Assembly (NCBI RefSeq): GCF_001194135.2
Contig: NC_068983.1
Coordinates: 79,037,450 to 79,101,449, forward strand
Reading direction: 5' to 3'
Length of the DNA: 64,000 nt
Source of the DNA: Octopus bimaculoides
Taxonomy: Eukaryota
The notes beneath the pieces are model-generated. The model saw nothing but the letters and a program-made list of their open reading frames with translations, was not told the DNA's origin and searched no databases. Shown here piece after piece: positions 25,013 to 38,659 of the stretch (the stretch's first letter is position 1; each line of letters opens with the position of its first letter). A program made the position numbers and the translations under genes.

Positions 25013-27224
25013 GAAAATGCAAAAAAAAACAAACTAATAATAAGAATCAGTTATAATATATCCATGCTAGTTTACAAACCATTTTCCAAATTGGATAAGA
25101 TGGTACAAATAATTTTTATTATTTGGTTTGAAGCCAGAAAGTTTGATGATTTAAGTTTAACCAAAAGAAAAAGTACTGAAATTATGGAACTGAGCTAAAA
25201 AGTAAAGCAAATCAAGTGTTAAATAATTATTAGTGTCAGAAGCAGTATTAAAATCAAAACATACTATTTATCCCACTTAAAAGTGAATATCATGTTAGAA
25301 CACAAAATACTGTGACAGTTTCCAAAGAGAACCTCTCATATAGACTTTTGGTGCATATAAGCACTCTTGTTTACACCACTACTGGGAGATAAATAACCAA
25401 CCATCACCACTGCAGAGACTTCTAGATCACATGCTTATATGCTTCAAAAGCTAGTATGAGAGGTTCTTTCATAGTAACCTTCACAGTATTCTGTGTTCTA
25501 GTACATCTACTTTTTGTGGGGATAACTACTATCTTCTAATAAAGTGCATTTCACTAAGCAAGCTGTACAATCCTTGTTGTTAATGCAAAATTTTCTTTAC
25601 CACTATGTCATCCCTTATCAAATAGACAAATGATCAGACATTCCAGTTATGACCATCCCTTCTTTTTTTCAAGATTGATAAAATCAGCACTGCAGCTGTT
25701 AGTAACCTCATTATTATTGTCTTTAATGTTGTTATTGTTGTTGTTGCTGTTAAAGCCATTTTTGATGTTACCTATCTCCTGGAAAACTTATCTCTATCAT
25801 TCTCTATCCTTTCCTCAAACTGGCTCTCTAGAGGTACATTATCAAATGTATCCTTCCTTTTATAACAGACAGAAAGACAGACTTGAAGAGAGATTTAGCT
25901 ACTATTTCTTGTAACTCAAATGACTATGAAGTGGCTCTCTTGATCTGATAAATGTGTAGTAAATGCTGGGAAGTACTCTAAGGAATGTTACATAATTGGT
26001 TCTTTATCTTGGCTATTTTTGGCCAATCTGACTACATCTTTTAGCACGAATCATTTTACAGACAAAATGCTGGAGCCAGCTGACCATCATAAAAGCTGTG
26101 TTTTTGGCTGACAACCAGAGTATATCCTTGTAAATACACAAGTCCATGTCACACAGAAATCATGCTTTTACAAAAGACACATACTACCACACTCATCACA
26201 AATGAATATCTTCTCATGCTTATTTAAAATACGTTATGACAAGACATACAAAGTCTTTTAAGCTTGTATCAGTTGTTAGAAATATTGTCTCAAATTTCTC
26301 ATCTGTTATTTTATATTAATTTTCTCATGAACATTTTTGTAAATGTTAACTCTATTACAATCTGATGAATAATGAAGACATTATTTAATTGAAAATTTTG
26401 TTATGAACTGCTGTTATTTTCTATTAACTTTATCATGCATTATAAACTGAAATTTTCATGATTTGATAATGCAGTCATTTCACATATGCATTCATTTTTG
26501 TTATAATTTATACTCTGTGCTATTATTTCTAGACAGTGCTTTATTTTCGAATTTCTTGTAATGTCTGGATCTGTTGTGATCAACATATTCTTCATAACAG
26601 GAATGAAATGACTTTTGACATATGAGTTATTCTCATTTTTATTTTACCTATATCTCCTGAAATATCCTCTTCATTCATTCACTTTGCAAAGGTAAGAAAT
26701 TTCTTAGCAGAGGCAAAAAGATTTATGTGAAACAAATTCACAACTATATGTTGTTGTATAGTGTTAGCCATTCCTAAAATTTCCTTAAAAGTCATTTGCA
26801 AATGTATCATAGATATTTAATAGCAACAGTTTATAGTACCCAATATGAGAAGGTGGAGTAGTATGACCATTGCAGAGTAATTAGTAATGTTGTCACACAA
26901 CAAGCAATAGATAAATAGTTACATATGTCTTGATACATGGTTACATAGTTAAGAATTTCACTTCATATGTAAATATCAATTCAGGTTGCTGGATTGGCTG
27001 GGCTGTAAGAATCTCAAACAGGAGGCCTTGCAGTATTTGTTTTGGTTCTTTGTGTTTCAAGTTCAAAACTTAAACAGCCTAAAACAGACAGCATATTAAC
27101 ACAAATTATAGACAGACAAGCCAAGGTGTTATTTATCAATTATCCACAGGATGTAGGCCTTCATTTTTCTCATGAACTCTCAAGGAAGATTCTGTAATCT
27201 CATACATACCTACTGCATTGCTTG

Positions 27225-27375
27225 CAGACAAACACCATGAATGTTCTGTGTTCAAATTCCGCTGAGATCAACTTTGCCTTTCAGTATAACATACGTACCT
27301 GTTGTACATTGGGGGTTGGTGTAATTAACTTATTCCCAGCTCCAAAATTGCTGGCCTTATACCAAAATCTGAAAA
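27225..27375 (+). mobile_element. SINE family B, degraded
   Basis: gttcaaattccgctgagatcaactttgcctttc...ctggccttataccaaaatctgaaa. Confidence 0.6.
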
Positions 27376-28144
27376 TAATGTCTATTCATGAAATATCATT
27401 TCTCAAACTTTAATCCATCTATATTGAACATCAGAAACCATTCATTTATTCATTCAGTTCATTCTTAGAACATCAATCATCACCAAACACGGTTTTCTCA
27501 TATCAATTTAAAATTAAATCTAACAGTCAAGAAGATCTTTGGCCTACATGAGTGATAGATATAATGTGTTGCTTGGTTTAACACCACCACCTGGTTTCTT
27601 CAGTGTTTTTATTAGTGTCCACTCTACTGCAAACATTCAAGCCAAGTATCAGGTTTGAGAACACTTTCCTCTATCCCTAATACCAATTTCATAGGCCTTG
27701 TGAAGAGTCATAGGCACTGCCTTCCCTAAAAAAATCCTATGATCTCCGGTTCAATACTTCTGTGCAACACACTTAGTAAATATCTTTTGTCATGATATCA
27801 GATTGAACCATCTTGCAATGAAAATTAGCAAAATGGAAATTGTGTGGAAGCCTGCTGGATGGTTGTATTTTTTTGTGAGAAGAAGACTTCATCTATCACC
27901 TGGCTTAGTCCCATAACCTGAATTCAGAAAATTCTGAAATGGCCAACACTTCTAGAGGGGGAACATCACAATAGAGACAACCTTACCTAAATTTAGCCAG
28001 TCAGTTTCTCTGCACAAGTATCAACAACAAACAAAACAAACTCCCATTCAGGCAAAAGACAGAAGTTATATTTTTATCAGAACTTGCAAAGCTGAAAATC
28101 AGTATGGCTTCCTCAGCAGAGAAATGATAATCATAATAATTATC

Positions 28145-28170
<26 letters not shown>

Positions 28171-28175
<5 letters not shown>

Positions 28176-28268
28176 TATAACATACAGAAAATTGCAATAT
28201 ATAACATACAGAAAATTGCTTATATAACATGCAGAAAATTGCAATATATAACACACAGAAAATTGCAC
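28171..28268. repeat. ~26-bp minisatellite, about 4 units
   Basis: tatataacatacagaaaattgca repeated. Confidence 0.9.
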
Positions 28269-28464
28269 TACTGAGCACTGCACACATCCTACGCAAAACA
28301 CTTTCAATACAGTAACTATAAGAGTATCACAGCAAACCACAGCACATACCCAAGGCACACAAAGCTGTGCTTGGTAGTGAAGTGAAAGCACATTATAAAA
28401 ATAAAACTACTGAATAATAATAATAATAATGATGATGATGATGGTGACGATGACGACGACAACA

Positions 28465-28678
28465 ATCCTTTCTACTATAGGCATAAGGTTTGAAATTTTG
28501 AGGGAGGGGGCTAGTTGATTACATTGACTCCAATACCCAACTGGCAGTAATTTTACTGACCACAAAGAGATGAAAAGCAAAATCTGAGCAGAAACTGAAC
28601 TCAGAACATAAACAAAGACAAAATGTCACTAAGCATTTTGTCCAGTGTACTAATGATTCTACCAGCTTACTGCCTTCA
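28465..28678 (-). mobile_element. SINE family B in AAT/GAT repeats
   Basis: tcctttctactataggcataagg...gaactcagaac...agcttactgcc. Confidence 0.75.
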
Positions 28679-28709
28679 ATAATAAAATTTAAAAAATAAT
28701 AATAATAAC

Positions 28710-28743
<34 letters not shown>

Positions 28744-30545
28744 TTTCTAACAAACGTATATGGCTTGAAACAGGAAAGAAAGGATTTGTTAATAAAATTA
28801 ATCCCCTCTCTTTCTCTTAAGCATTGATAACCTACTCACCACCATCCAACAACCTTCACTCTTATGCAAACAGCACAGACTTTCATCCTTCTTAATTTTC
28901 CTGATCTTGCATCATTCTAGACACCACATGCCAAACAACACAGCCTAGACACCACATGCCAAACCTGTTCAGATTCCATAAATTGAGAGCTTGAGAAAAT
29001 TGTTCAGTGAAACCAGGCTAAAATTGTTTCATTTAGCAACAGAAAGCCCCTCAAGCATTACTCATATAATGAAAATATCACTGCACCACATTCTCTTAAA
29101 TACGAGCAACACTCAGCTAACTACTAAGCAAGTAAGGAGTTAGCATCCTAATCACAAGGTTTCGGGTTCAATCCTACTGTATGTTTTCTACTATAGCCTT
29201 GAAGCAACCAATGCCTTATGAATTACTCAGTAAGCAGAAACTTAAGTATATCACATGTGTGGAAGTGTTCATGCCTCCTTTGATGTTGATGATGTATGTA
29301 AATATATATGTAGGTATCCAGAAAAACATCATTGAATCCACAATAGATGTCTTCAGACCAATTCAATACATATCTCCAACAGATTCAGCAGAATCCACTC
29401 AGCTGCAAGTATTCAAGTAAAGTCCCTTATCTAAAGTTAACTTCCTGTCTAACTTTTAACATTCTTCAAGGCTTTTTAAAAAGATTATAGCATTGTATAC
29501 ATCAAAATGTTCATGTTATCTCCAATTGTTCTTCTCTGCCTACAGTTATAGATATACATCTTTCTTGTCCTACTTCACTATCTATACTTGTAATGTTATT
29601 TCACAGAATTCAATCAGACATTTCTCAATATCAGAAACCATTCTTTTATTCTTGTTGCCTGCCCAAACAAGCAAAATCAGTTTGTTCTAAGGACATCATC
29701 ACCAAACACTATTTTCTCATCTCAATTTAAAATCTCATAACATTCCCATATTATTGAAATTATTTCCCCAACAAACGGAATTTAAAGACTTTGAACTGCA
29801 AGTCTTTATAGTTGTTGTTAAATGCTGCACTGGATCAGAAGCTGAAAGCTACATTGTTTGGCTTCTCATCAATGATACTGTGCAAAGCTAATCAGGATGT
29901 TATTTGGATGGAATTATATATACAGTATTATGTCTTTATTTATTTTGCTTGATTTATTTCAACCTTCACCTTCCCTAATACCAACTAGATCTATTACAAT
30001 AGCCATGTTAGCACTTACAAAATCAACTTGAACAGTATTTATCAAAGAAAACAGAAAATATATTAATATTCTGACATTTGTATCGTATTAATTTCATTCT
30101 TTTTTATGTATAATGTTTGTTTGGTATAAATATAGTTTCATTATAAATACTATTTTTGTTTGCTTTGCTTTCTTTCTTTTCTGTTATGGCATGTCTATAG
30201 CTGTAATTACATGCTTTCAAATATCCTACACTGTCTGTATTATAGTAAAAAATATATATATACATATATTCATAAATGCAAATATACATGCGTACATGTA
30301 GGTAGAGAGATAGATATTTATATATGTATACACACACATATGCATAATGTAAGTAAAGTGCATGTTAAGTGGATGGGTAACTATTCTTTTAGAATTACAT
30401 TCCTTCCTTTATAATTTTATGAAGGAACCTGTGAAGTGAATTCATGTCTTAGCAAAATTTCATGTTAAGGCTATCCATACACATATAAAAATCAAATCTA
30501 GAGACTATATTATGAACTTATTTATTTATATCATCTTCACACAAG

Positions 30546-30780
30546 TTTTGATAACTGTTGCAAAGCAGATTATGCATGGATTTCCTTACATAATCTTGGA
30601 CATTCATGTCATCAAAAGTGCCATACAAAATACAATGCATTCTGTTGTATGCTCCAGTATTTATAGTGGTAGGATGTATGACAACATGTGTTGTATTATG
30701 TATGATATCTCTGATGATACAAATGTCCAAAATTATATAAGGAAATTCTCACATAATCTGCTTTACAACAGATACCAAAA
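30546..30780. repeat. Diverged foldback (~110-bp arms)
   Basis: gttgcaaagcagattatg...ttggacatt versus aatgtccaa...cataatctgctttacaac; both-strand ORF translations resemble each other. Confidence 0.8.
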
Positions 30781-30981
30781 TGCATGCAACATTGGTGTTA
30801 TAAATATCTTCATGACACATACTCAATGTATGAAACTTGCACATATTTATTTACAAATATATATAGTTCCAGGCTTTGAAAAAAATAAGTAATGGGGTTG
30901 ATACATTCAACTTAAAAGTTCTTCCTGGCCACAGTCAGATGACTGAAACAAGTAAAAAATAAAAGACAAAATATATATATA

Positions 30982-31144
30982 GGCACAGGCATGGCTGTGT
31001 GATAAGTAACTTGCTTACTAACCACATGGTTCTGGGTTCAATCCCACTGTGTGGCACCTTGGGCAAGTGTCTTCCACTATAAGCCTCAGGCTGACCAAAA
31101 CCTTGTGAGTGGATTTGGTAGACAAAAACTGAAAGAAGCCCATC

Positions 31145-31146
<2 letters not shown>
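30982..31146 (+). mobile_element. SINE family C head followed by (TA)n
   Basis: A-box TGGCTGTGTGA, B-box GGTTCAATCCC. Confidence 0.9.
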
Positions 31147-31213
<67 letters not shown>

Positions 31214-31329
31214 CACGATGGGCTTCTTTCAGTTTTTACTGGGATTGTAAGATGATAAGGTAATGAACAAAGAAATGAGAGAAAGTTTGTATAGAATACA
31301 AGAACAGGGTTAAGAAGATGCTTGAAACA

Positions 31330-32495
31330 AAAGTAAGTGGAACTAATATCATCAAAACAATTAGTGTAGAGCCATGCCTGTTTTTATATAAACCGCTCTT
31401 TTTTTTTAATGAATAAAGTGGGAGCTACAGGAATTGGATAGGAGAACTAGGAAGCTGCTCAGAAACTATAATGCACACCGCTCTAAAAGCAATATGGACA
31501 GGCTCTATTTACCAAAAAAAAACAAGGAAGAGGCAGAGGTTTGTTCAATACAGATCACACCATTGCTACTGTGATTTGGGGTTTAAAAATCCACAATAAT
31601 TCTAGTGAGGAAAAACTGTTGTACACAGTTTAAAATATCAATGAAGTCGTAACTGTTAGAGATTTCAAGGACAGAAAAAACAGAATAAATTGTAGAAAGT
31701 CAAAGAACTCCATGGTCATTTCATACAACAAACAAAGGAAGTTGGAAGAGAAGAATGCCAGTTGCAGTCGAGAAAGTTGCTGATTATAACCACTTAGAAT
31801 GATGCCATTGAAATTAATTTGATAAGTACAAAGATTGATAAAACTCAGTCTAATAGCAAATACAGAATGTGTGGAAAAAGAGACTAAAGAATTAATTATC
31901 GTCTAAGTGTGTGTAGGTAGCTAGCATAAAAGAAAACATAAACATAGGCATGACTTTGTCAGTAAAAGGGACTAGTAGGATATCAACCAAGTTTGTGGAT
32001 TGGAAAGCATTAAAAGATGCAGAGGGTGAGATGGTGAATAATAATTAGAGGATTTTATGGAGTCTCTCCATAAAGACTGATCATACTATTGAATCAAGGA
32101 GACAGGGTATGACCATGGAAGACAGAAAGACCATTGTACAGTCATTGACTTTACGATCCTATATAGTAGAGTGGATATCAAGGAAAATGATGAAGTGAAA
32201 ACTATTAAGATATTATAAGAAAGAAATAACAAGATATCATTAGAAACAGCAGATATTAGTAAAAAGAAAAAGTACTTAAAAGATGTTAAGTTGAAATTAG
32301 AAATATCAAGTATGGGGAGATATGCAGAAGCAAAAGTGAAAATCCTGCCTGATATTTTTGGAACATTAGGTTCAATCCTACAAAACTTATTGTATCACCT
32401 GGAATGGTTGGACATCAGGACAGACATTTGAGTACTCCATAAATTTTTCCTTGAACCAGGTCATGTTCTTAGAAAGGCATTTTCAATCTTTAGTT
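31330..32495 (+). mobile_element. RLE-type LINE 3' portion, degraded
   Basis: ELQELDRRTRKLLRNYNAHRSKSNMDRLYLPK, YRMCGKRD knuckle remnant, VKILPDIFGTLGSI. Confidence 0.75.
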
Positions 32496-32591
32496 AAGGC
32501 CTGACAGTTATTTCTAAGGAATAAACAAAAATTAGTATGTTAAATTCTTACTATGCAATATAGAAATAATTCTGTATTTTCTAGAATACAA

Positions 32592-32815
32592 ATCAATATA
32601 GTATACAAAAAGTTCTGGGCTTTGGGTATAAGAAAATATAGGAGGATCAGTTAATTATGATTTTATTCAACTTATTTCCCTCTCGGGTTTATACACTTAT
32701 TGCAGCAGTCCTTCAGTTTTTCTAAACCCTGTAAAAGAACTTGAAAGGATAGGCCTCTAACCAGGTCTTTCACAATACGCTTAAAGCCAGGAACTTTTCA
32801 GCACTCCCTCATATA
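32592..32815 (-). mobile_element. Mariner-derived MITE, copy 1
   Basis: TIR aaagccaggaacttttcagcactccctcatata; interior is the reverse complement of 50335-50557. Confidence 0.75.
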
Positions 32816-33834
32816 GTGTAAACATGTAGTGTAAACATTTAAACATCATTACAATCTTTTCAAATTCTGCTGCATTTCACATGGAATTTTGGTCCTCCAA
32901 ATTTGTCTTGGTGTATATATCAAATTACCTTTTGACTTATGGTCTGTAAATTTGACTTGTATGTATTAACAACAATAATAGCTTCATAAATACCGAGCAA
33001 AATGTAAAAGCATAATTGATTTTCAGAATATTTGAACTCTGTAAAAAATTGTATATTGTAAAACTTTGTAAGACCTAGAACTATTATTTTTCTCATCTTC
33101 ATATTCTTCATATTTGTTGATAATGATTTCTAACTTAACAACACTATAAACGTAGAGAAGTGTGCAGTCAGTTTAATTGACAGCCCTAATACTTGTTTTA
33201 TCAACCCTTGAATCTTGAAAGGTAGAGTCAGCCTCAAAGGTGTTTAGCATTAAGCATAAAGAGACATAAATACTAACATAATGGCAAAGATAACCAAGTC
33301 AGGTACACAGAAATATATTATCATACTTGATACTTGATCACAAGACATACATAATGTAAATGAAGGTTGTTTTCATTGATATGTGTTTCAGGCAATTCAC
33401 TGGCACACACACAGATATATAAATAATGATACCAACAACTAATAACTTAGAAGTATGCTGTCTATAACTCAGTACTTTTTGTGAGGTTCGGGGTGGGGTG
33501 GGTTTGGGTTAAGTGACAGGATCCTAGTAAGGACTCTGGTTGACTTTCTCTTAATTGTCAGTAATTACTACAAGAACAATATGCTCATCTTTCTACTAAT
33601 TCTGCCATTCCTCTCATCAACTGCATTGTATTCTCCTGTATTGATTAATAATGTATAGTATTATGAATCAATACAGGTTTTCATACAAATATTTCTATTT
33701 GTAACATTTAATGCACATTATTTTATTGAAATATAAACAATATTTTAGAATGTTCTGGCCAAAGAGAGCTCTGTCAAGCACCAAAAGAAGGTGATGAGAT
33801 TAAAAGTCAGTGTTAATATATTTAAGATGAAGGC

Positions 33835-34022
33835 AGCAGAATGGCAAAAGGCTTAGTGACATTTGATCCATCTTTATGTTCTGAGTTCATATCCTACCAG
33901 GGTCAAATTTGCCTTTCATCCTTTCAGGGTTGATAAATTAAGTACCAGCTAAGTACTGTGGTCGATGTAACCCACTTACCCACTTCCCCTGAACTTGCTG
34001 GCCTTGTGCCAAAATTTGAAAC
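33835..34022 (+). mobile_element. SINE family B
   Basis: gcctttcatcctttcagggttgataaattaagtaccag...ctggccttgtgccaaaatttgaaa. Confidence 0.85.
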
Positions 34023-34214
34023 AATATTTAATACTCATTATTTTATTGAAATATAAGCAATATTTTTAAATGTTCCACTCAAAGAACGCTCTAAGTGTCA
34101 AAAGGAGATAATGAGATTAACTGGGTGCATCAGAAAGATAACTCAAAAAGTAATACAGTGAGGGAAAAAAAGCCATTTGTCATTAGCTAATATAGTTTTG
34201 ATTATATTGACCAA

Positions 34215-34255
34215 ACTCAGACATGTTTCAGTATTATTTAAGCTCATCAGGGAAT
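34215..34255 (-). ncRNA. Degenerate minimal hammerhead ribozyme motif
   Basis: Minus strand: AUUCC CUGAUGA GCUUAAAUAAUACU GAAAC AU GUC UGAGU. Confidence 0.5.
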
Positions 34256-34529
34256 CTTATACTTCACAGTATTTGGTAAACTAGTGACTGGGAAAATCTC
34301 TTAAGGAAATCCTTATCAACATCATCGTTATTATTGTCATCATTGATGTCACCATCACCATCATCATCATCACTACCACCACCACCACCACCACCACATC
34401 ATCATCACCATATCATTGTCATTGTCATCATCATTTTACTCCTGCTTTCTACGATGGTTAAGGATGAATGAATCATCACAGCCTGAGTTAATTCATATTC
34501 AGACTTACTGTCCTTCAAGATGGATTATA

Positions 34530-34680
34530 GGCACTAACATAGCTGGGGGGAGGGGGACAGTCTTCCCTGGGTGGCACTTTTGCGTCTGCTGTAGGCAATA
34601 TGTGTTTCTTTTTTTTGTGGGATTTGGGGGCAGAAAATGGAAGGGTTGCCCCAGGTGGCACACGCTCTAGCTACACTAGT
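34530..34680. mobile_element. Possible small MITE
   Basis: Partial terminal inverted similarity (cactaacatagctggg / ctctagctacactagtg) and two internal ggtggcac motifs. Confidence 0.35.
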
Positions 34681-35200
34681 GGGTAGAGGACAACATCTCA
34701 ATTATATATATTATTTTTGGCTTAGCATCAATGACTGAATGTCCTTCCTATCATCAACAACTTTACACAATATATCAGATGCATTTTATGCATGCACCAG
34801 CACTAGAGAAGCTGTAAGGTCCACAACAAGACTAAAGGGTCCCTTTGACTCTCTGCAGTGTCTGCTTGTTTGCCAACCACTTTACAGACTGTATTGCACA
34901 CATTTTATCATGACACGAGAACTAGAGAAGCTGTAATGTCCTCGACATGGGTAAAAGCCCCTGTCTGCTTGATCACTAACCACTTTTATAGAGTGTGCTA
35001 TGTGTATTTTATTGTGACACAAACACTGTTTGGTTTCTGTCTGGTTTATAAGACTAAAGGTTCCTCACTAAACTGCATTTGTTTAAATAATATTATGCAT
35101 TGTAGTAAAATAGAGATAGTTAAGAGAGTAAATTACTCTTAGATGTGTCCTGCACAAAACTGAAGAACCATCACTTTGTGTTCTGTCAGAAGTTCTATAC

Positions 35201-36091
35201 TACAGGGTGTTTGGGTTAAATTTGACAGTGTGCATAAAAAGAAACAAAAAAAACAATATCCCATCCAAAAATAGAATTATTGTAAAAAATGAAAAAAACA
35301 TCAATTAGATTTTAACTGTGAGATAAAACTTTACTACCTTCAGCTTCAACCACACCCTCAAGATGGCTCCAGATCCTAGTGCATGCATTCCTCACTATGT
35401 CTCTGAGAAGATTTTTGAACAGCTCTTTGTTCTTAGCCACTAACTCAGCCTTGATCTTGCAGAGTGGTTAGTGTCTTTCTCAATTGCACCTCATACAGAG
35501 TAATCTATGGAATTACAATCAGGGAATTACAAGGTCAGAAACTGGGGTTGGTGAAGTTGTAGAAATTCTCCAACCACTACATCTGAATCTTTCTGGAGGT
35601 ATGGCAAACAGCTGAATCCTGCTGCCACACATACAGTCTTCCAGCATCAACCTCCTCCAGACAGGAATTGACCACAGTCTCCAGTATTTTCTCATAGCTG
35701 TCTGAATTGAGCCTAAGGGCCTATTCAAAGCTGAGGGAATATGGTCACAGTAAAACGCCTGCTGTACTGCTGTACCCATTCCTGCTGGTTACAGCTCTGT
35801 AGTTTCCATTGCAACTGTCCATGACATATCTTACAGCTTTTACAGTGTTTACAGAGAATTGAACAGCAGTCGGGATGTCAGCATTTTGACACCCAGCATG
35901 AATTATCGTGATACAGGTAACTTTTTTCTAATATTCAGATATCTTCCAATCCTTCATGTCAGCTAACTTTTTCTCAACTACAACTTTAATCTCTATGCTC
36001 TCCCATGCCATTGACAGTTCACCAATACCTCAAGCTGTTCCTGAAAAAATGAGACATAAAAAATTGCCAAATTTTGCCTGAACATTCTGTA
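35201..36091 (-). mobile_element. Tc1/mariner (maT/DD37D-like) element with both TIRs, internally deleted
   Basis: LRLNSDSYEKILETVVNSCLEEVDAGRLYVWQQDSAVCHTSRK; TIRs TACAGGGTGTTTGGGTTAAATTTG and TACAGAATGTTCAGGCAAAATTTG match 18/24. Confidence 0.85.
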
Positions 36092-38003
36092 TAATTACTC
36101 CAGGACAAAACACTAATGAAGTTCTTTGCATTATGTTATTTTTAGCTAAGTAGTTATATAAACAAAGAGCATATTCACAACTAAATAGATTTATATAAAC
36201 AAAGAGAGAGTGGTCCGATGGTAGTCTTCTAAATTCACTGGAAACTGATAAGTTGTCTACAGCACTAAAATCAAAATAATCTTACATGAGTCTATAATAA
36301 ATGAACATCAAAATACCAAGGTTTATATTTTTTTTTATTTTTAAATAAACTCATTGAACAAAAAATTGTGTTAACATTAAGATAGATGCTGAGGTAAGGG
36401 TTGACTTATAGAGAAACGGTGCTTTAGAAGTAGGTCTGATGTTTCAGCTCATTACCATAATAACCCTAATTAGAATAAAAATAAAATAGAAAATAAAAAA
36501 ATTAATTTATCTTTCTGCATCAATCTCAACTTGTAATGATCTAAAGCTAAAATCTATTGACCGAAAATAATGGTTCTTGTATTTTATTCAAAATAAAGTG
36601 TATTTTCTTTATCATTATTATTATTATTATCATTATTATTACTATTTTCTTTTTGGCTCAAAATCGACTTTGATGGGTTGTTCATTAGCACATTAGAAAT
36701 TAGCAATTAGATATATTTTTCTAAGAATTTATTCAAGAAAACAAAAACAATAACAAACATACACACAAGTGAATATAAAATATTTTGCTTGTTTTTTTTC
36801 TTTCTCTTTTCTTTTTATTCTTTTGTAGTATAATCTTTTAGAAATTTGAACTTGGAATTTATATTTTATTTATTTTATTTTATTTTTATTTCTTTTTTTT
36901 TCTCTGGCTATATTAACTCAATAAATAAACAATTTGTTAAAAAGAAGACTAGTTAAAAATTTATCCTAACTCTGCCACAGTCTTCATCTAAACAGCATCG
37001 TTATAATTGTGACTATATCAGTAACATTCACTTGGTCTGCTAATACCACAATGCAGGAGGGGTTAGTTTCATGTTACTTTGTTGTTGTTTTTTCCTTTCA
37101 TCATTTTTTAAATTTTTTGTTTTATTTTTTATAGACATCATTTTACACATATGCCTAACACCATTAACAGAAAACATGATGACAGATTAGTACTACTGAT
37201 GATTACAAATTTTGTTTTAGTGGTGTAAATGGCATTGGTAATGATGCACAGGGAATTAGTAAGCACAAGATATAATGGAATCAATCACACCATCTTTAAC
37301 AGTTACGTTAATATCAATATAGATTATTAATGTCGGCGATGATTATGGTAGCATAGTAAATTAATGGTGAACATTTCCAAACTGTATTAACTGAGGTTTG
37401 CATAAAAGAGACAGGAAAAGAGAAAGAGAGAGAGAGAGAGGCAGCAAGTGAAAATGGAAGAGTGACAGACAGGCAGACAGACAGGCACACAGACATACGA
37501 ACCTGCAGATAGACAGATTCAATAGGATATTCCTATGAAAAATAAACAATCAAAATGTCTAAATGATCTATTGAAAAAGTACATTAAAATTTAAAAGCTA
37601 AAAAACAATGATCTGCATTTAAAAATGTAAGTGGGAGGAATTAGTATTGGTAAATTTAATTAATAAAGAAATTTATTTATTTATTTGTTTATTCACTTTA
37701 TAAGATTCGTTGTGTAAAAAGAGAAGTTGTGTAAATATAGAAGATTGTGCTTTAATGATAGGCATAATGAAAAGTATATATGCAGTATTAATCAACAATA
37801 AGGAATTAATTATTCTTGCAGGATTACACTTATATTCAGTGAATTCAGTCCTTAACAATTTCCTTCAGAAAGTAATTTAGAATTTTTACAGCAGTAACCC
37901 ATTTGCTTTTGTTATTGTTGTCTGGTTTATGTTCCAGATGAATCATCATCATCATCATTTGATTTCCATTGTTGGGGGTTTGCAAGCTTGTATAAGAAGA
38001 AGG

Positions 38004-38388
38004 GTGGAGGTGCAATGGCCCAGTGGTTAGGGCAGTGGACTCGCGGTCATAGGATCGCGGTTTCGATTCCAAGACCGGGCGCTGTGAATGTTTATTGAGC
38101 GAAAACACCTAAAGCTCCACGAGGCTCTGGCAGGGGTTGGTGGCGAACCCTGCTGTACTCTTTTACCACAACTTTCTCTCACTCTTACTTCCTGTTTCTG
38201 TTGTGCCTGTAATTCAAAGGGTCAGCCTTGTCACACTGTGTCATGCTGAATATCCCCGAGAACTACGTTAAGGGTACACGTGTCTGTGGAGTGCTCAGCA
38301 ACTTGCACGGTTAATTTCACGAGCAGGCTGTTCCGTTGATCGGATCAACTGGAACCCTTGACGTCGAAAGCAATGGAGTGCCAACACC
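38004..38388 (+). mobile_element. SINE family A, full length, 12-bp TSD
   Basis: TSD ataagaagaagg at 37992-38003 and 38389-38400. Confidence 0.95.
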
Positions 38389-38659
38389 ATAAGAAGAAGG
38401 AGATGAGGGATGGGAAGGTAGCCTGCAACTCTAAAACAAGTTGGGCAGAGTTGAATCAAAATCATTATCTATATATGCCAAAAATAAATCAAAGGGATAC
38501 GCAAAAGATTCATATTTCATTCATGCTAACTTCTTTCTTGGTTTGAAACATTCAGATGAGGGTTTAGGGTTGAATACATATGGACTTTATGGTTCTTGTT
38601 GTTGTTGCTGTCATTGTTTAACACTAAGCTAGCCAGAAGTGAACAGACACACCCAAAAT

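Noticed and set aside
38004-38075. tRNA gene-like A/B boxes (also the other SINE A and C heads)
   Set aside because: SINE heads followed by SINE bodies with TSDs; no complete cloverleaf evident.
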